Below, in pieces: positions 1 through 8,116 of a stretch of 64,000 bases of DNA. The DNA is taken from positions 32,487 to 96,486 of IMG/VR virus record IMGVR_UViG_3300005821_000002. The stretch is one strand, 5' to 3'. The notes under the pieces were generated by a model. That model was not told the origin of the DNA. It ran no database searches and saw only the letters and a list, made by a program, of their open reading frames with translations. The DNA is from a virus. Numbering within the stretch: the stretch's first letter is position 1; each line of letters begins with the position of its first letter. Both the position numbers and the translations under genes were made by a program.

Positions 1-177
1 CTCTGCACACTCCCAAATTGTCCAACTCTTATTCAAATAAGGAAGCAATGGTAACAGTGCTATCGGTGGTGTCTGAAAATCATTAGGACTTCCACGCTTG
101 GCTGGTAACGCCTTCTTTTTTATATGATCCATATTTGGTACTTGAAAATGTGTTATGTGTCCTTCTTTATCAGGCAT
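1..177 (-). CDS. N-terminal part of a small DNA adenine methyltransferase-like protein (runs off window edge); paralog of 5776..6246
   Basis: Manual translation from ATG at 177: MPDKEGH...GSPNDFQTPPIALLPLLPYLNKSWTIWECAE, aligning with GSYDDIWTPPEALEVLVPYLPTDKKLWDCAP of 5776..6246. Confidence 0.7.
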   Translation of the reverse strand, partial: MPDKEGHITHFQVPNMDHIKKKALPAKRGSPNDFQTPPIALLPLLPYLNKSWTIWECAE

Positions 178-392
178 TATGGCGATGCTGGCGGTGTATA
201 ATCAAATGCCAGTCTCCTACCACTGTTTATAGTAAATACAAATCTTTGACAGTTTGGACATGTAGTTCTTTCTCTGTAATCAGGATCACCGTTGTCCAGT
301 TTATAATCATTTTTTATTTGTTCAATTTTACCACTCAATGCCGTGTCACAAAATGGACATGCCACACGGACTGAATTTGTTGATTGCATCAC
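177..392 (-). CDS. small Zn-ribbon hypothetical protein
   Basis: CPFC...CPNC; stop/start overlaps with neighbours. Confidence 0.6.
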   Translation of the reverse strand: MMQSTNSVRVACPFCDTALSGKIEQIKNDYKLDNGDPDYRERTTCPNCQRFVFTINSGRRLAFDYTPPASP

Positions 393-628
393 TTATTCTC
401 CTTTCCTTTGAGCAGGGCATCAATAATTGGGCGTAACTCATTTATTCTCTTATAGTCTCCTCGATGGTCCGAGTCCCAAACTAGCATTTCTCTAGTTTCT
501 CGTAGGTAACCTAGTAGCCTCTCATTTTCTGCTTTGAGTGCTTTGATACGTCTTTCATATGTTGCATCATATATTTCCATCGCTAACCCCAATCTAAATA
601 AAATGCCCATTACAAGCGTACTGGTCAT
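389..628 (-). CDS. hypothetical coiled-coil protein
   Basis: Tightly packed ORF; LKAENERL motif shared with 1770..2036 and 2036..2254. Confidence 0.55.
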   Translation of the reverse strand: MTSTLVMGILFRLGLAMEIYDATYERRIKALKAENERLLGYLRETREMLVWDSDHRGDYKRINELRPIIDALLKGKENK

Positions 629-845
629 AATCTATTCTGTCTTTATAATCTTTTGGTTTTGGTGTCCACATACGTACTCTTTCTTCATCTGTACGTCCAC
701 ATAGAACACACTCAGAGATATAGATTTTATACCAGCACCCCTTACCTTTTGGATGTTTCTCCTTTTCATTCATCAGCATCTCCTGTCCACATACTCGCCA
801 ACCACATGCACGTTGATTGCAACAATCGAGATTCGTATTCATCAA
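594..845 (-). CDS. hypothetical Zn-binding protein (true start probably ~770)
   Basis: CVLC motif; packing with neighbours. Confidence 0.45.
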   Translation of the reverse strand: MMNTNLDCCNQRACGWRVCGQEMLMNEKEKHPKGKGCWYKIYISECVLCGRTDEERVRMWTPKPKDYKDRIDYDQYACNGHFI

Positions 846-1071
846 ACGTAATCAACTCTTCGTTCCATGAGTATTGAAAGTTCTTTCTGTCCCACCCATC
901 AGGATCAAGAACTTGTGGGTACGGATGCTTCTCTTGCCACTCTGCACTTGTTTTCATCACTTCCCCCTCCAGTGTGTCTTCTAAATCCTGTTCGATCCAC
1001 AGGTGTCCAAACAATGCGCCTAGCAACATCGTTGTAATCATAAGAACAATCACTATATACTCACCCACCAT
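766..1071 (-). CDS. hypothetical protein (possibly two small genes)
   Basis: N-terminal TM segment; internal GGAGG-like RBS before MKTSAEW...DPDGWDR. Confidence 0.5.
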   Translation of the reverse strand: MVGEYIVIVLMITTMLLGALFGHLWIEQDLEDTLEGEVMKTSAEWQEKHPYPQVLDPDGWDRKNFQYSWNEELITFDEYESRLLQSTCMWLASMWTGDADE

Positions 1072-1288
1072 CTTGCTCCTCTGTTGTGAGTAGGGCGGTA
1101 TCGAAACCGCAGTTACACTCTCCGTCTATTTGTAGGAATTTCCTACAGTGCCCTCGATGTTGTGCGTACGAAGCCAACCGCTTGTATCTAAAATATTCTT
1201 CCGTAACACACTCTTCTTTCAGGTCTTCTGTTATTCTTATAATTCGTTCTTTGTATCTCTTCTTACTGGGTCGAGTTATACGCATCAC
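1061..1288 (-). CDS. hypothetical protein
   Basis: Packed ORF with HxxxC...CxC motif. Confidence 0.5.
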   Translation of the reverse strand: MMRITRPSKKRYKERIIRITEDLKEECVTEEYFRYKRLASYAQHRGHCRKFLQIDGECNCGFDTALLTTEEQDGG

Positions 1289-1518
1289 TCATTCTCCAGT
1301 ATGTCGGCATAGGCGCATAGGGCATTGTAAGAATGGGCATAGTCTCCAATGCCATTTATATACATGAATGTCTTTATTACTTCTGCCGATTGAGCATTGA
1401 GTAACTCGGCGGCGTTGAGCATGGCGTCGGCTTTGGTTGGTTTCAAAACAACACCGCACTCCTCGCAATGCACCTTCCCAGTTATATGTATTGCCCACTC
1501 ATGCACATGCTTAGTCAT
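1285..1518 (-). CDS. hypothetical Zn-finger protein
   Basis: HxH...CEEC; ATGA overlap. Confidence 0.55.
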   Translation of the reverse strand: MTKHVHEWAIHITGKVHCEECGVVLKPTKADAMLNAAELLNAQSAEVIKTFMYINGIGDYAHSYNALCAYADILENE

Positions 1519-1773
1519 CTAGCCACTCCTTTGTTTTCTTCTGACGTATTTATCGGCAATCATCATTGCAAAGTTCGCAACATCGGCGGCCTCGATTACT
1601 GGGTCGTCATCGAGATCATATCCATTTAGTGCGGTGTCTAACTCGTCTACCTCTTCTCGAAGTCTCTCCAATAAATACTCAAACGAGCATGTTAGCCACC
1701 CCCCTTTGTGGTCATTTTCTTTTAGCCTTGTTTCCATTCGTTCCGCGTGTTCTATAACTGCTGGTCTCATCAC
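1519..1773 (-). CDS. MazG-like all-alpha NTP pyrophosphohydrolase
   Basis: EEVDEL...EAADVANFAMMIAD motif. Confidence 0.7.
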   Translation of the reverse strand: MMRPAVIEHAERMETRLKENDHKGGWLTCSFEYLLERLREEVDELDTALNGYDLDDDPVIEAADVANFAMMIADKYVRRKQRSG

Positions 1774-2036
1774 TCATCCTCCTGTTCTGTGAGGAGGGCG
1801 TCGCCCAGTGCGTGTAGTGCAGTTGTGAATGGGTTAGGAAAATCTCCCCGTATTCCCCAGTTGTTCCACTCTACCAAAACGTCATTCGCCAACCTCTTGA
1901 GTGCGGCGTTCTCTGCTTCGAGTTTATCGAATGTATCCCATTCTAGTCCTTCTAGCTCGCCTAGTCTTTGAAATACCTTCTCTTCTCTTTTACATTTATC
2001 GCAAGAACACTGAGGTCCAAGATTTGCTTCGTGCAT
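1770..2036 (-). CDS. hypothetical protein
   Basis: Packed ORF; LEAENAALKR. Confidence 0.55.
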   Translation of the reverse strand: MHEANLGPQCSCDKCKREEKVFQRLGELEGLEWDTFDKLEAENAALKRLANDVLVEWNNWGIRGDFPNPFTTALHALGDALLTEQEDE

Positions 2037-2254
2037 TATTCACTCTCCTCTGTTGTGAGTAGGACATTCCTCAAGTCTTCTAATGCTTTCGTAAATGTCA
2101 ACCCAAGACCGCTTCTTCGCTTTCCATCTGACGTATACGCTATTGTGTTAGCGAAATCCCCAAATGCCTCATTCTCCCGCTTGAGTTGGACGATACTCTC
2201 TTTCAATATTTCAATTTGTTCTTCTGCTAACTTCAATCCAAATTCTGCACCCAT
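2036..2254 (-). CDS. hypothetical protein
   Basis: Packed ORF. Confidence 0.55.
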   Translation of the reverse strand: MGAEFGLKLAEEQIEILKESIVQLKRENEAFGDFANTIAYTSDGKRRSGLGLTFTKALEDLRNVLLTTEESE

Positions 2255-2255
2255 T

Positions 2256-3200
2256 TTACATTCCTTTCAAGATGTGAGCTATCACATCTACAGTCCAACC
2301 ATTACCTATCATCTTGTATCGTTGAGTATTAGACACACCCTCAGTATAGTTATCGGGTACTGTCTGCAATCTTTCACACTCAATCGGGTGAAACTTACGA
2401 ATACAATCTTCATCCTTCAAAACATTATAGGGTACTCCCTTGAAGAAGTTAGCAACAACGGCTGACGACTTCTCATTCCTTACATCACTATAATGTTTGA
2501 AATCCCAATGGTTTCTTCCATCCCTTACCTTCCTATCCATGTAAGCCAAAGCTTTCTCTGACAACAACAAGCTAGGAATATGCCCTCCTCCGGCTGGAGT
2601 TCTAATGGTTGGACTTTTCTTTGTAAATGTACGATGTTCTTTCTCATTGAAACCACCATACAAATTGTGCAAAGCTACCGGATAAGCGTCGTTTAGGATA
2701 ATGTCTTTCAACATTATTCCACGATCAGTAGGTTGATACGTTGGTATGTTTGTCCAGTATAATCTCTTTCTATTCTGTGCTGATACCAACGCAGAATTTA
2801 TCATGATAGGAGCTACGTGTAGAAAATCTGTAATAATATCTACATATTCTTTCTTCATGGGAACATTCTCAAGTAGAAAATACTTGGGTTCACATTCACG
2901 TAACAGACGTACAAACTCAAAGAATAATGAACTTCTAGGATCATCAAAGTTTAGTTGCTTTCCAGCAAAACTAAATCCTTGACATGGACTACCACCAATA
3001 AGTAAGTCTATCTTTGGTAAGTCCTCCCCATCTACATTTAATACATTGCCTAAATGTATAGTATCTGGATAGTTCTTACGTGCAATTTGAATAGCCCACC
3101 TATCTATCTCTGATGCTAGATAGTATTTATAGACTATACCTGCTCTTTCAAGAGCAAGTTGTCCACAACTCATACCATCAAACAGACTTAGTACATTCAT
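2256..3200 (-). CDS. dcm: DNA (cytosine-5) methyltransferase
   Basis: Motifs LSLFDG, GGSPCQGFS, LENV, QNRKRLYW, ECERLQ, IGNGW. Confidence 0.95.
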   Translation of the reverse strand: MNVLSLFDGMSCGQLALERAGIVYKYYLASEIDRWAIQIARKNYPDTIHLGNVLNVDGEDLPKIDLLIGGSPCQGFSFAGKQLNFDDPRSSLFFEFVRLLRECEPKYFLLENVPMKKEYVDIITDFLHVAPIMINSALVSAQNRKRLYWTNIPTYQPTDRGIMLKDIILNDAYPVALHNLYGGFNEKEHRTFTKKSPTIRTPAGGGHIPSLLLSEKALAYMDRKVRDGRNHWDFKHYSDVRNEKSSAVVANFFKGVPYNVLKDEDCIRKFHPIECERLQTVPDNYTEGVSNTQRYKMIGNGWTVDVIAHILKGM

Positions 3201-3201
3201 A

Positions 3202-3567
3202 TTAGTGTCCTAGATGTGAAGCCACGATGTTTCTTGTGATCTTCTTTATCTCCCACTTGTCCAGTTGTCTCAACAATCTTCTAAGTTTATTCCTTGCCGT
3301 ACGTAAGTGGTCGTAATTACACTGCCACTCTCCAGCAGTCTGCATCACTACTAATCTTGAGTCAGTTAGTATAATTATGTTCATCATTTTATTAATGATA
3401 GCATACTTTACTGCCTCTATCATGATAAGATACTCTGCTAAATTTGACGTACCATATCCAAATACTATTTGTTTATGAACTAATTCATTACCTTCATCAT
3501 CGAATATCTTGAATGAGCCATACGTAATATCCTTACGTTTCCCACCATCCGTTATAAATGTGTACAT
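3202..3567 (-). CDS. RNase HI-like protein
   Basis: TDGG...TSNLAEY...TDSRLVV catalytic D/E/D pattern. Confidence 0.8.
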   Translation of the reverse strand: MYTFITDGGKRKDITYGSFKIFDDEGNELVHKQIVFGYGTSNLAEYLIMIEAVKYAIINKMMNIIILTDSRLVVMQTAGEWQCNYDHLRTARNKLRRLLRQLDKWEIKKITRNIVASHLGH

Positions 3568-3734
3568 TATAATTCATCTTCAATTAGCTCAACAACGTCT
3601 TCTGCTACTTTTAGAAAATCTTCTTGTACTGAGGGGTCTAACATTTCCCACAATACCCACTCATTATAACCTTGGTTAGCCATATCATAATCATAGATAA
3701 CCTCAGCAACTGCTTCTGTTAAATGCTCAAGCAT
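3567..3734 (-). CDS. small acidic hypothetical protein (55 aa, below ORF-track cutoff)
   Basis: MLEHLTEAVAEV...EDEL fills the gap exactly; GGAGG upstream. Confidence 0.5.
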   Translation of the reverse strand: MLEHLTEAVAEVIYDYDMANQGYNEWVLWEMLDPSVQEDFLKVAEDVVELIEDEL

Positions 3735-3735
3735 A

Positions 3736-3933
3736 CTACCCTCCGAGCACGGACTCCAGCTTATCGTTTAGGAATGAAGCCAGAGCTTCCATATTATTTC
3801 TTACATCTGGATGTTCATTATAATCAAAAGTCATATCAATAGCGTCTGCTGATCCTTTGATATAAAAGCGAACACGAATCTTATCAGCAAATAACCAAGC
3901 CTTCTCAACCATATACTTCTCTACTTTAGCCAT
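3736..3933 (-). CDS. hypothetical protein
   Basis: MAKVEKY... overlaps upstream stop. Confidence 0.5.
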   Translation of the reverse strand: MAKVEKYMVEKAWLFADKIRVRFYIKGSADAIDMTFDYNEHPDVRNNMEALASFLNDKLESVLGG

Positions 3934-4786
3934 TTCTTTTCTCCCATTCTTTTTTGAGTCCATAATAAGGGTTCTCTCCACGTTTCAATCTATCCATAGA
4001 CATCTGCGCCAAATTTAGGTACTCTTCGAACAATTCTATACCAATGAATTTTCTTCCTAACTTTTCTGCCTCAATCCACGTAGTTCCTGCGCCCATCATT
4101 GGATCGAGAACTGTCTCCCCCTCTTCACTATATGCACCTATTGCCCACTCAGCCAAATGTGGTTGCATAGGGGCTGGATGTGGACGACCACTAGTATCCT
4201 GCGGTAGAAACAAATAGTTATTGGGTACTTTCCCAAGTGGATTTGGCTCTACCTTCACCCGCTTATTGAACTCACCTTCCTTATCACCCTGTAAATTACT
4301 CACCTTATACTTCATACGTTCAAGTGTAGCTTCTGCATAAGACTCACGGACATTATCTCTATGAAATACTACCTCTTCTGGATTCTTAGCTATCACATAG
4401 TTATGTTCCCACATATGGGGAGGTCTATTCTTGAAAAACTTTGGTGGCCCTGATGTTTTCAGCCACGGGATTTCATCTATAATATCCAACCCAATCATGT
4501 CCAGATCATTTACTAATTGATATACTTCTCTCATTTTACGATGATTAGCATAACCTGAGCCAGTATTCCACCAAATAACCCCACTAGGTTTGATTACGTC
4601 ACGAAGTTCTGAAAGAACATCCATACACCAAATCAACCACTCAGCGGGGTCTCTAAATAATGCTTCACCACCATAATGTCGTGCATTGTAATAGGGTGGT
4701 GATGTAACAACTAAATCTATGCTATTCCTATCCAATGTTGGTAACACATCAAAAAGATTTCCTTGATATATCATGGAATCTGCCAT
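3926..4786 (-). CDS. DNA N4-cytosine/N6-adenine methyltransferase (beta class)
   Basis: VTSPPY catalytic motif; HPAP; VLDPMMGAGTT SAM motif. Confidence 0.92.
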   Translation of the reverse strand: MADSMIYQGNLFDVLPTLDRNSIDLVVTSPPYYNARHYGGEALFRDPAEWLIWCMDVLSELRDVIKPSGVIWWNTGSGYANHRKMREVYQLVNDLDMIGLDIIDEIPWLKTSGPPKFFKNRPPHMWEHNYVIAKNPEEVVFHRDNVRESYAEATLERMKYKVSNLQGDKEGEFNKRVKVEPNPLGKVPNNYLFLPQDTSGRPHPAPMQPHLAEWAIGAYSEEGETVLDPMMGAGTTWIEAEKLGRKFIGIELFEEYLNLAQMSMDRLKRGENPYYGLKKEWEKRNG

Positions 4787-5631
4787 ATGTTTACTGCCTT
4801 ATCCCTGATCGTCTCCAAAAATTCATGTTTTGTTCCTTCCTTGAAGAAGTCTGTAGTATCAAACCCGTCTGCAAAATCCCAATAGTTATATATTCTAGTT
4901 CTATCTATCCCCAAATTTTTCGCCACTCTCTCTGCTCCTCTATTACCTGCTTCGTCATTATCATACGTTACAAATACTTCCTTTATATTTATGAAGTGAT
5001 GAAGCCACTCATTATTCCACGTTCCCGCTCCACCTGTCTGACTCACTGCTGGAATATTATTCTGTCTTAACATTATAGCATCAACTGGCCCTTCTGTCAA
5101 GACCACCCAATCAGTAAATCTCAAGGTTGAAAAGTTGAATGGTAATGCTCCCATATCTACATACCATGCTTTTCTTCCTTTTGGTTTATGTCGTAGACAT
5201 TGAAAATTTCTAAAATGTCCGTCAACATAGATAGGTATCGTGTACCACTTGCCAGTGTATCCCAATCGGAAGCGTTCAACTGTTTCTTGCGTGTAACCCC
5301 GTACATCATACCAATACTCACGATACCCTTCACCACGTAGGTAGAAAACCTCCACCAAATCTGTATCTGGTGTAGCAACATTTTTCTTACGTGTGGTATA
5401 GACGACAGAAAAGAAATCGTCTTCCGAAGCAACAGCATTTTTCGCCTCTTGTACACTAAAACCCATTACTTTAACAAGCCAATCGTAAGTATTACCAAAG
5501 ATACCTCGACTATTCCAGAAAAACAACTGTCGTTGCTTGTCCACAACAAGGCTGTTATGGTCAACTGATCGCAGAAAGCGACCACGACCTTGCAACTCAT
5601 GGGTTTTGTTGATAATATTTTCTATGCTCAT
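4771..5631 (-). CDS. DNA primase (TOPRIM domain)
   Basis: LTEGPVDA...YDNDEAG; start at 5631 because the upstream in-frame codons are the promoter. Confidence 0.88.
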   Translation of the reverse strand: MSIENIINKTHELQGRGRFLRSVDHNSLVVDKQRQLFFWNSRGIFGNTYDWLVKVMGFSVQEAKNAVASEDDFFSVVYTTRKKNVATPDTDLVEVFYLRGEGYREYWYDVRGYTQETVERFRLGYTGKWYTIPIYVDGHFRNFQCLRHKPKGRKAWYVDMGALPFNFSTLRFTDWVVLTEGPVDAIMLRQNNIPAVSQTGGAGTWNNEWLHHFINIKEVFVTYDNDEAGNRGAERVAKNLGIDRTRIYNYWDFADGFDTTDFFKEGTKHEFLETIRDKAVNIWQIP

Positions 5632-5640
5632 GTTACCTGC

Positions 5641-5669
5641 ATTATAACACAAAATAACACATTTGTCAA
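5641..5669 (-). promoter_or_regulatory. consensus sigma70 promoter (TTGACA-17-TGnTATAAT) upstream of primase
   Basis: Reverse complement TTGACAAATGTGTTATTTTGTGTTATAAT. Confidence 0.9.
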
Positions 5670-5671
5670 GT

Positions 5672-5700
5672 AAAAAAGCGAAGTCATTTAGCTTCGCTTT
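5672..5700 (-). terminator. rho-independent terminator closing the tRNA array
   Basis: AAAGCGAAG-CTAAATGA-CTTCGCTTTTTT. Confidence 0.85.
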
Positions 5701-5701
5701 A

Positions 5702-5776
5702 GGTGCTTGCAGAGGGGCTCGAACCCCCGACCTTCGGTTTAAAAGACCGTTGCTCTTCCGGCTGAGCTATGCAAGC
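5702..5776 (-). tRNA. tRNA-Lys(UUU)
   Basis: Cloverleaf, loop CT-TTT-AA; ends ACC-T. Confidence 0.93.
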
Positions 5777-6246
5777 TAAAAAACTAATTGAGTACCTATC
5801 TCTAGGTCCATTGTATACCAAGCGCTGTAGAACCATGGTGCCTTCTTCCCCGTAAAGTCTATTCTACGTGATGGGAAGATAACTTCCACACCACTCAACT
5901 GTGCTCTACATTCTTTTGCACCTAACTTTGTTATAGGTAGCAACATGCACCAAGGTTTTCCCAACTCATTTGCTCTACGTAGAAACTTCTTAGCTATAGA
6001 GAATGGTGGGTTGGTTACAATGATATCATAGGATGGTGGTTCATCAACAAGAAAATCTCCATCCCATTCTACTACATCGTAACCACCTGCGATAAGGTGT
6101 GCTATCAACACACCAGAACCAGGTGCACAATCCCACAGCTTTTTGTCTGTGGGTAGATACGGAACCAATACCTCCAAAGCCTCTGGAGGAGTCCATATAT
6201 CGTCGTAACTTCCTCTTTTACTGTAATCCTTCAATACTTCTAACAT
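5776..6246 (-). CDS. small DNA adenine methyltransferase-like protein
   Basis: WDCAPGSG SAM motif; DIIVTNPPF. Confidence 0.8.
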   Translation of the reverse strand: MLEVLKDYSKRGSYDDIWTPPEALEVLVPYLPTDKKLWDCAPGSGVLIAHLIAGGYDVVEWDGDFLVDEPPSYDIIVTNPPFSIAKKFLRRANELGKPWCMLLPITKLGAKECRAQLSGVEVIFPSRRIDFTGKKAPWFYSAWYTMDLEIGTQLVF

Positions 6247-6322
6247 GGTGCCACCGGTAGGACTCGAACCTACAACCTTTGGTTTAAGAGACCACTGCTC
6301 TCACCCGTTGAGCTACGGAGGC
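6246..6322 (-). tRNA. tRNA-Lys(CUU)
   Basis: Loop CT-CTT-AA; encoded CCA. Confidence 0.93.
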
Positions 6323-6326
6323 ATAA

Positions 6327-6415
6327 GACGGCGACGTTCCCACAACGCCTTCGTGCAACCTAAGTGAGTGGCCTACTCACAGCTACACAGTTGGATTCGA
6401 ACCAACATCTCCGTC
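6327..6415 (-). ncRNA. circularly permuted tRNA-like RNA (Y-RNA/YrlA-like topology)
   Basis: Closing stem GACGG/CCGTC, T-arm GTTGG-TTCGAAT-CCAAC at the 5' side, capped acceptor-like stem, then D-arm-like hairpin. Confidence 0.6.
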
Positions 6416-6416
6416 A

Positions 6417-6492
6417 GGTGGGTCTGGCTGGGCTCGAACCAGCGACCTCTTTCTTGTAAGGAAAGCGCTCTAACCAACTGAGCTACACACCC
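6417..6492 (-). tRNA. tRNA-Val(UAC)
   Basis: CTTTC-CTTACAA-GAAAG; ends ACC-T. Confidence 0.94.
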
Positions 6493-6493
6493 A

Positions 6494-6685
6494 TTATCCT
6501 GTTAATCTACCTTTACCATCATTCTGATAGAAACCCTTACCCTTAAATACGACGTTAGGAGGATTGAACACTCTCCTAATACTTATTTTACCACATTCAG
6601 GGCATTTTGTCAAGCCCAAATCCAAGTGTTCTTCGGATATGAACTCATACAAACAATCTTCACATTTGTAATCATATATTCCCAT
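6494..6685 (-). CDS. FmdB-family zinc-ribbon protein
   Basis: YDYKCEDC...CPECG...VFKGKGFY. Confidence 0.85.
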   Translation of the reverse strand: MGIYDYKCEDCLYEFISEEHLDLGLTKCPECGKISIRRVFNPPNVVFKGKGFYQNDGKGRLTG

Positions 6686-6696
6686 AGTTACCTCAA

Positions 6697-6770
6697 GGAG
6701 CGAGTAGGTGGATTTGAACCACCGACATTCTGCTTGGAAGGCAGACGTTCTACCACTGAACTATACCCGC
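6697..6770 (-). tRNA. tRNA-Gly(UCC)
   Basis: TCTGC-CTTCCAA-GCAGA; U73; ends TCC-T. Confidence 0.94.
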
Positions 6771-6773
6771 TAA

Positions 6774-6846
6774 GGTGGGAACACAGGGAATCGAACCCTG
6801 CTCGTCGGCTTGAAAGGCCGGTGTCCTGCCGATAGACGATGCTCCC
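6774..6846 (-). tRNA. tRNA-Glu(UUC)
   Basis: Loop CT-TTC-AA; ends ACC-T. Confidence 0.92.
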
Positions 6847-7029
6847 TTATGAAACCATACTCTGAATGCTATCTAATAAGTCATTCAGTTCATCGTACTT
6901 GTCTATTAAACTTTCTACAGCCTCATATGCATTTTTATCATCTACTATAAAATCTACTGGTGAGCCTGGTCCATTTAATAAATCTACGATATCTTGTAGT
7001 TCTGCTTCTATACTTATACCCATAATCAT
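6847..7029 (-). CDS. small acidic hypothetical protein
   Basis: AGGAG RBS; fills inter-tRNA gap. Confidence 0.6.
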   Translation of the reverse strand: MIMGISIEAELQDIVDLLNGPGSPVDFIVDDKNAYEAVESLIDKYDELNDLLDSIQSMVS

Positions 7030-7039
7030 ACTCCTTTTA

Positions 7040-7113
7040 GGTGATTCTACGGAGATTTGAACTCCGGTCTGTACTTTGAGAGAGTACTGTCCTAACCACT
7101 AGACGATAGAACC
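7040..7113 (-). tRNA. tRNA-Glu(CUC)
   Basis: GTACT-CTCTCAA-AGTAC; ends ACC-T. Confidence 0.92.
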
Positions 7114-7115
7114 AA

Positions 7116-7189
7116 GGTAGGCCCCCCACGAATTGAACGTGGCTCCTTCCCCTTATAAGAGGGATGCTTCCCCGATCAGCTTGAGGCCC
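7116..7189 (-). tRNA. tRNA-Ile(UAU)
   Basis: TCCCT-CTTATAA-GGGGA; ends ACC-T. Confidence 0.85.
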
Positions 7190-7457
7190 ATCGTGTTTCA
7201 TTATTTTCTACTCGTTTTATCCAATTACAATTTGCACAAAGTAGTTGATAGTCTTCACTTTCTCCCCTACAAATTCTACGAGCTATATAATCGGAACTAT
7301 GAGCAAGTATTTCTTTACCACCGCCACCTTTTATATGATCTATCTGTAATGCTCTTGGATCGGAAAATCCACATCTTGTGCATATACCACCCAAAAGCTC
7401 TATCGCTTTCTGTCTATTTTTTCGACGGTATTCTCTACCCCATTGTTTTTTATTCAT
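7176..7457 (-). CDS. HNH endonuclease (free-standing, homing type)
   Basis: CTRCG...LQIDHI...YQLLCANCN; start moved to ATG just after tRNA-Ile(GAU). Confidence 0.85.
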   Translation of the reverse strand: MNKKQWGREYRRKNRQKAIELLGGICTRCGFSDPRALQIDHIKGGGGKEILAHSSDYIARRICRGESEDYQLLCANCNWIKRVENNETRWASS

Positions 7458-7458
7458 A

Positions 7459-7533
7459 GGTGGACCAAAATGGAGTCGAACCATTGGCCTTCCCCTTATC
7501 AGAGGGATGCTCTAACCACTGAGCTACTGGTCC
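7459..7533 (-). tRNA. tRNA-Ile(GAU)
   Basis: TCCCT-CTGATAA-GGGGA; ends ACC-T. Confidence 0.94.
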
Positions 7534-7944
7534 TTATATTACATGCCATTCAGCTTTCCTTGCTCTCTTAGCTGTCCAACATCCTCCAGACTTTATATGA
7601 TCTGAAGTGTGACAGTGATAACAGTAATCAAACTTCATTCCTTTATATCCTTCTGGATAATCTGCTACCACAATACAATGAACAATGTCAGATGCTCTAG
7701 CTATCTTTAGATTTCTCTGCTTAAAACCACCTTCCCACCGTGGTATAGCTGGAAGATAAATCTCTTTTTCCAATCCTAGTTTATTGGCCTCTTCCTCAGC
7801 CCATATATCTATACCACCAAGATGACATCCACCACTGACAAGAATATCATCAGGAGACAATAGAGAACGTATTATTTCTCTTGCCTTTGCCTCTGTTTCA
7901 GGCGTAAACTTTCTTGCCTCATGACCAACTATTCCTACTCTCAT
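7534..7944 (-). CDS. SLOG-superfamily (DprA/YspA-like) nucleotide-binding protein
   Basis: VGIVG...LVSGGCHLGGIDIWAE...RNLKIA...SGG. Confidence 0.7.
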   Translation of the reverse strand: MRVGIVGHEARKFTPETEAKAREIIRSLLSPDDILVSGGCHLGGIDIWAEEEANKLGLEKEIYLPAIPRWEGGFKQRNLKIARASDIVHCIVVADYPEGYKGMKFDYCYHCHTSDHIKSGGCWTAKRARKAEWHVI

Positions 7945-7957
7945 TGTATCTCCTTAA

Positions 7958-8031
7958 GGCACGGGTACTCGGATTCGAACCAAGACCATAGGCTTAGAAC
8001 ACCTTTATGCTATCCTTTACACCATACCCGC
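7958..8031 (-). tRNA. tRNA-Arg(UCU)
   Basis: Loop GT-TCT-AA; A20 and G73; ends GCC-T. Confidence 0.85.
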
Positions 8032-8034
8032 TTA

Positions 8035-8108
8035 GGTGTGTCCAGTGGGGATTGAACCCACGACCCTCTGCTCTTCAGACAGATGCTCTACCACTGAGCT
8101 ACAGACAC
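8035..8108 (-). tRNA. tRNA-Phe(GAA)
   Basis: TCTGT-CTGAAGA-GCAGA; ends ACC-T. Confidence 0.94.
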
Positions 8109-8116
8109 ATAAAACC

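Noticed and set aside
7958-8031. Possible amber suppressor (CUA) reading of this tRNA
   Set aside because: The stem only pairs around loop GTTCTAA, giving UCU; A20 and G73 fit Arg.
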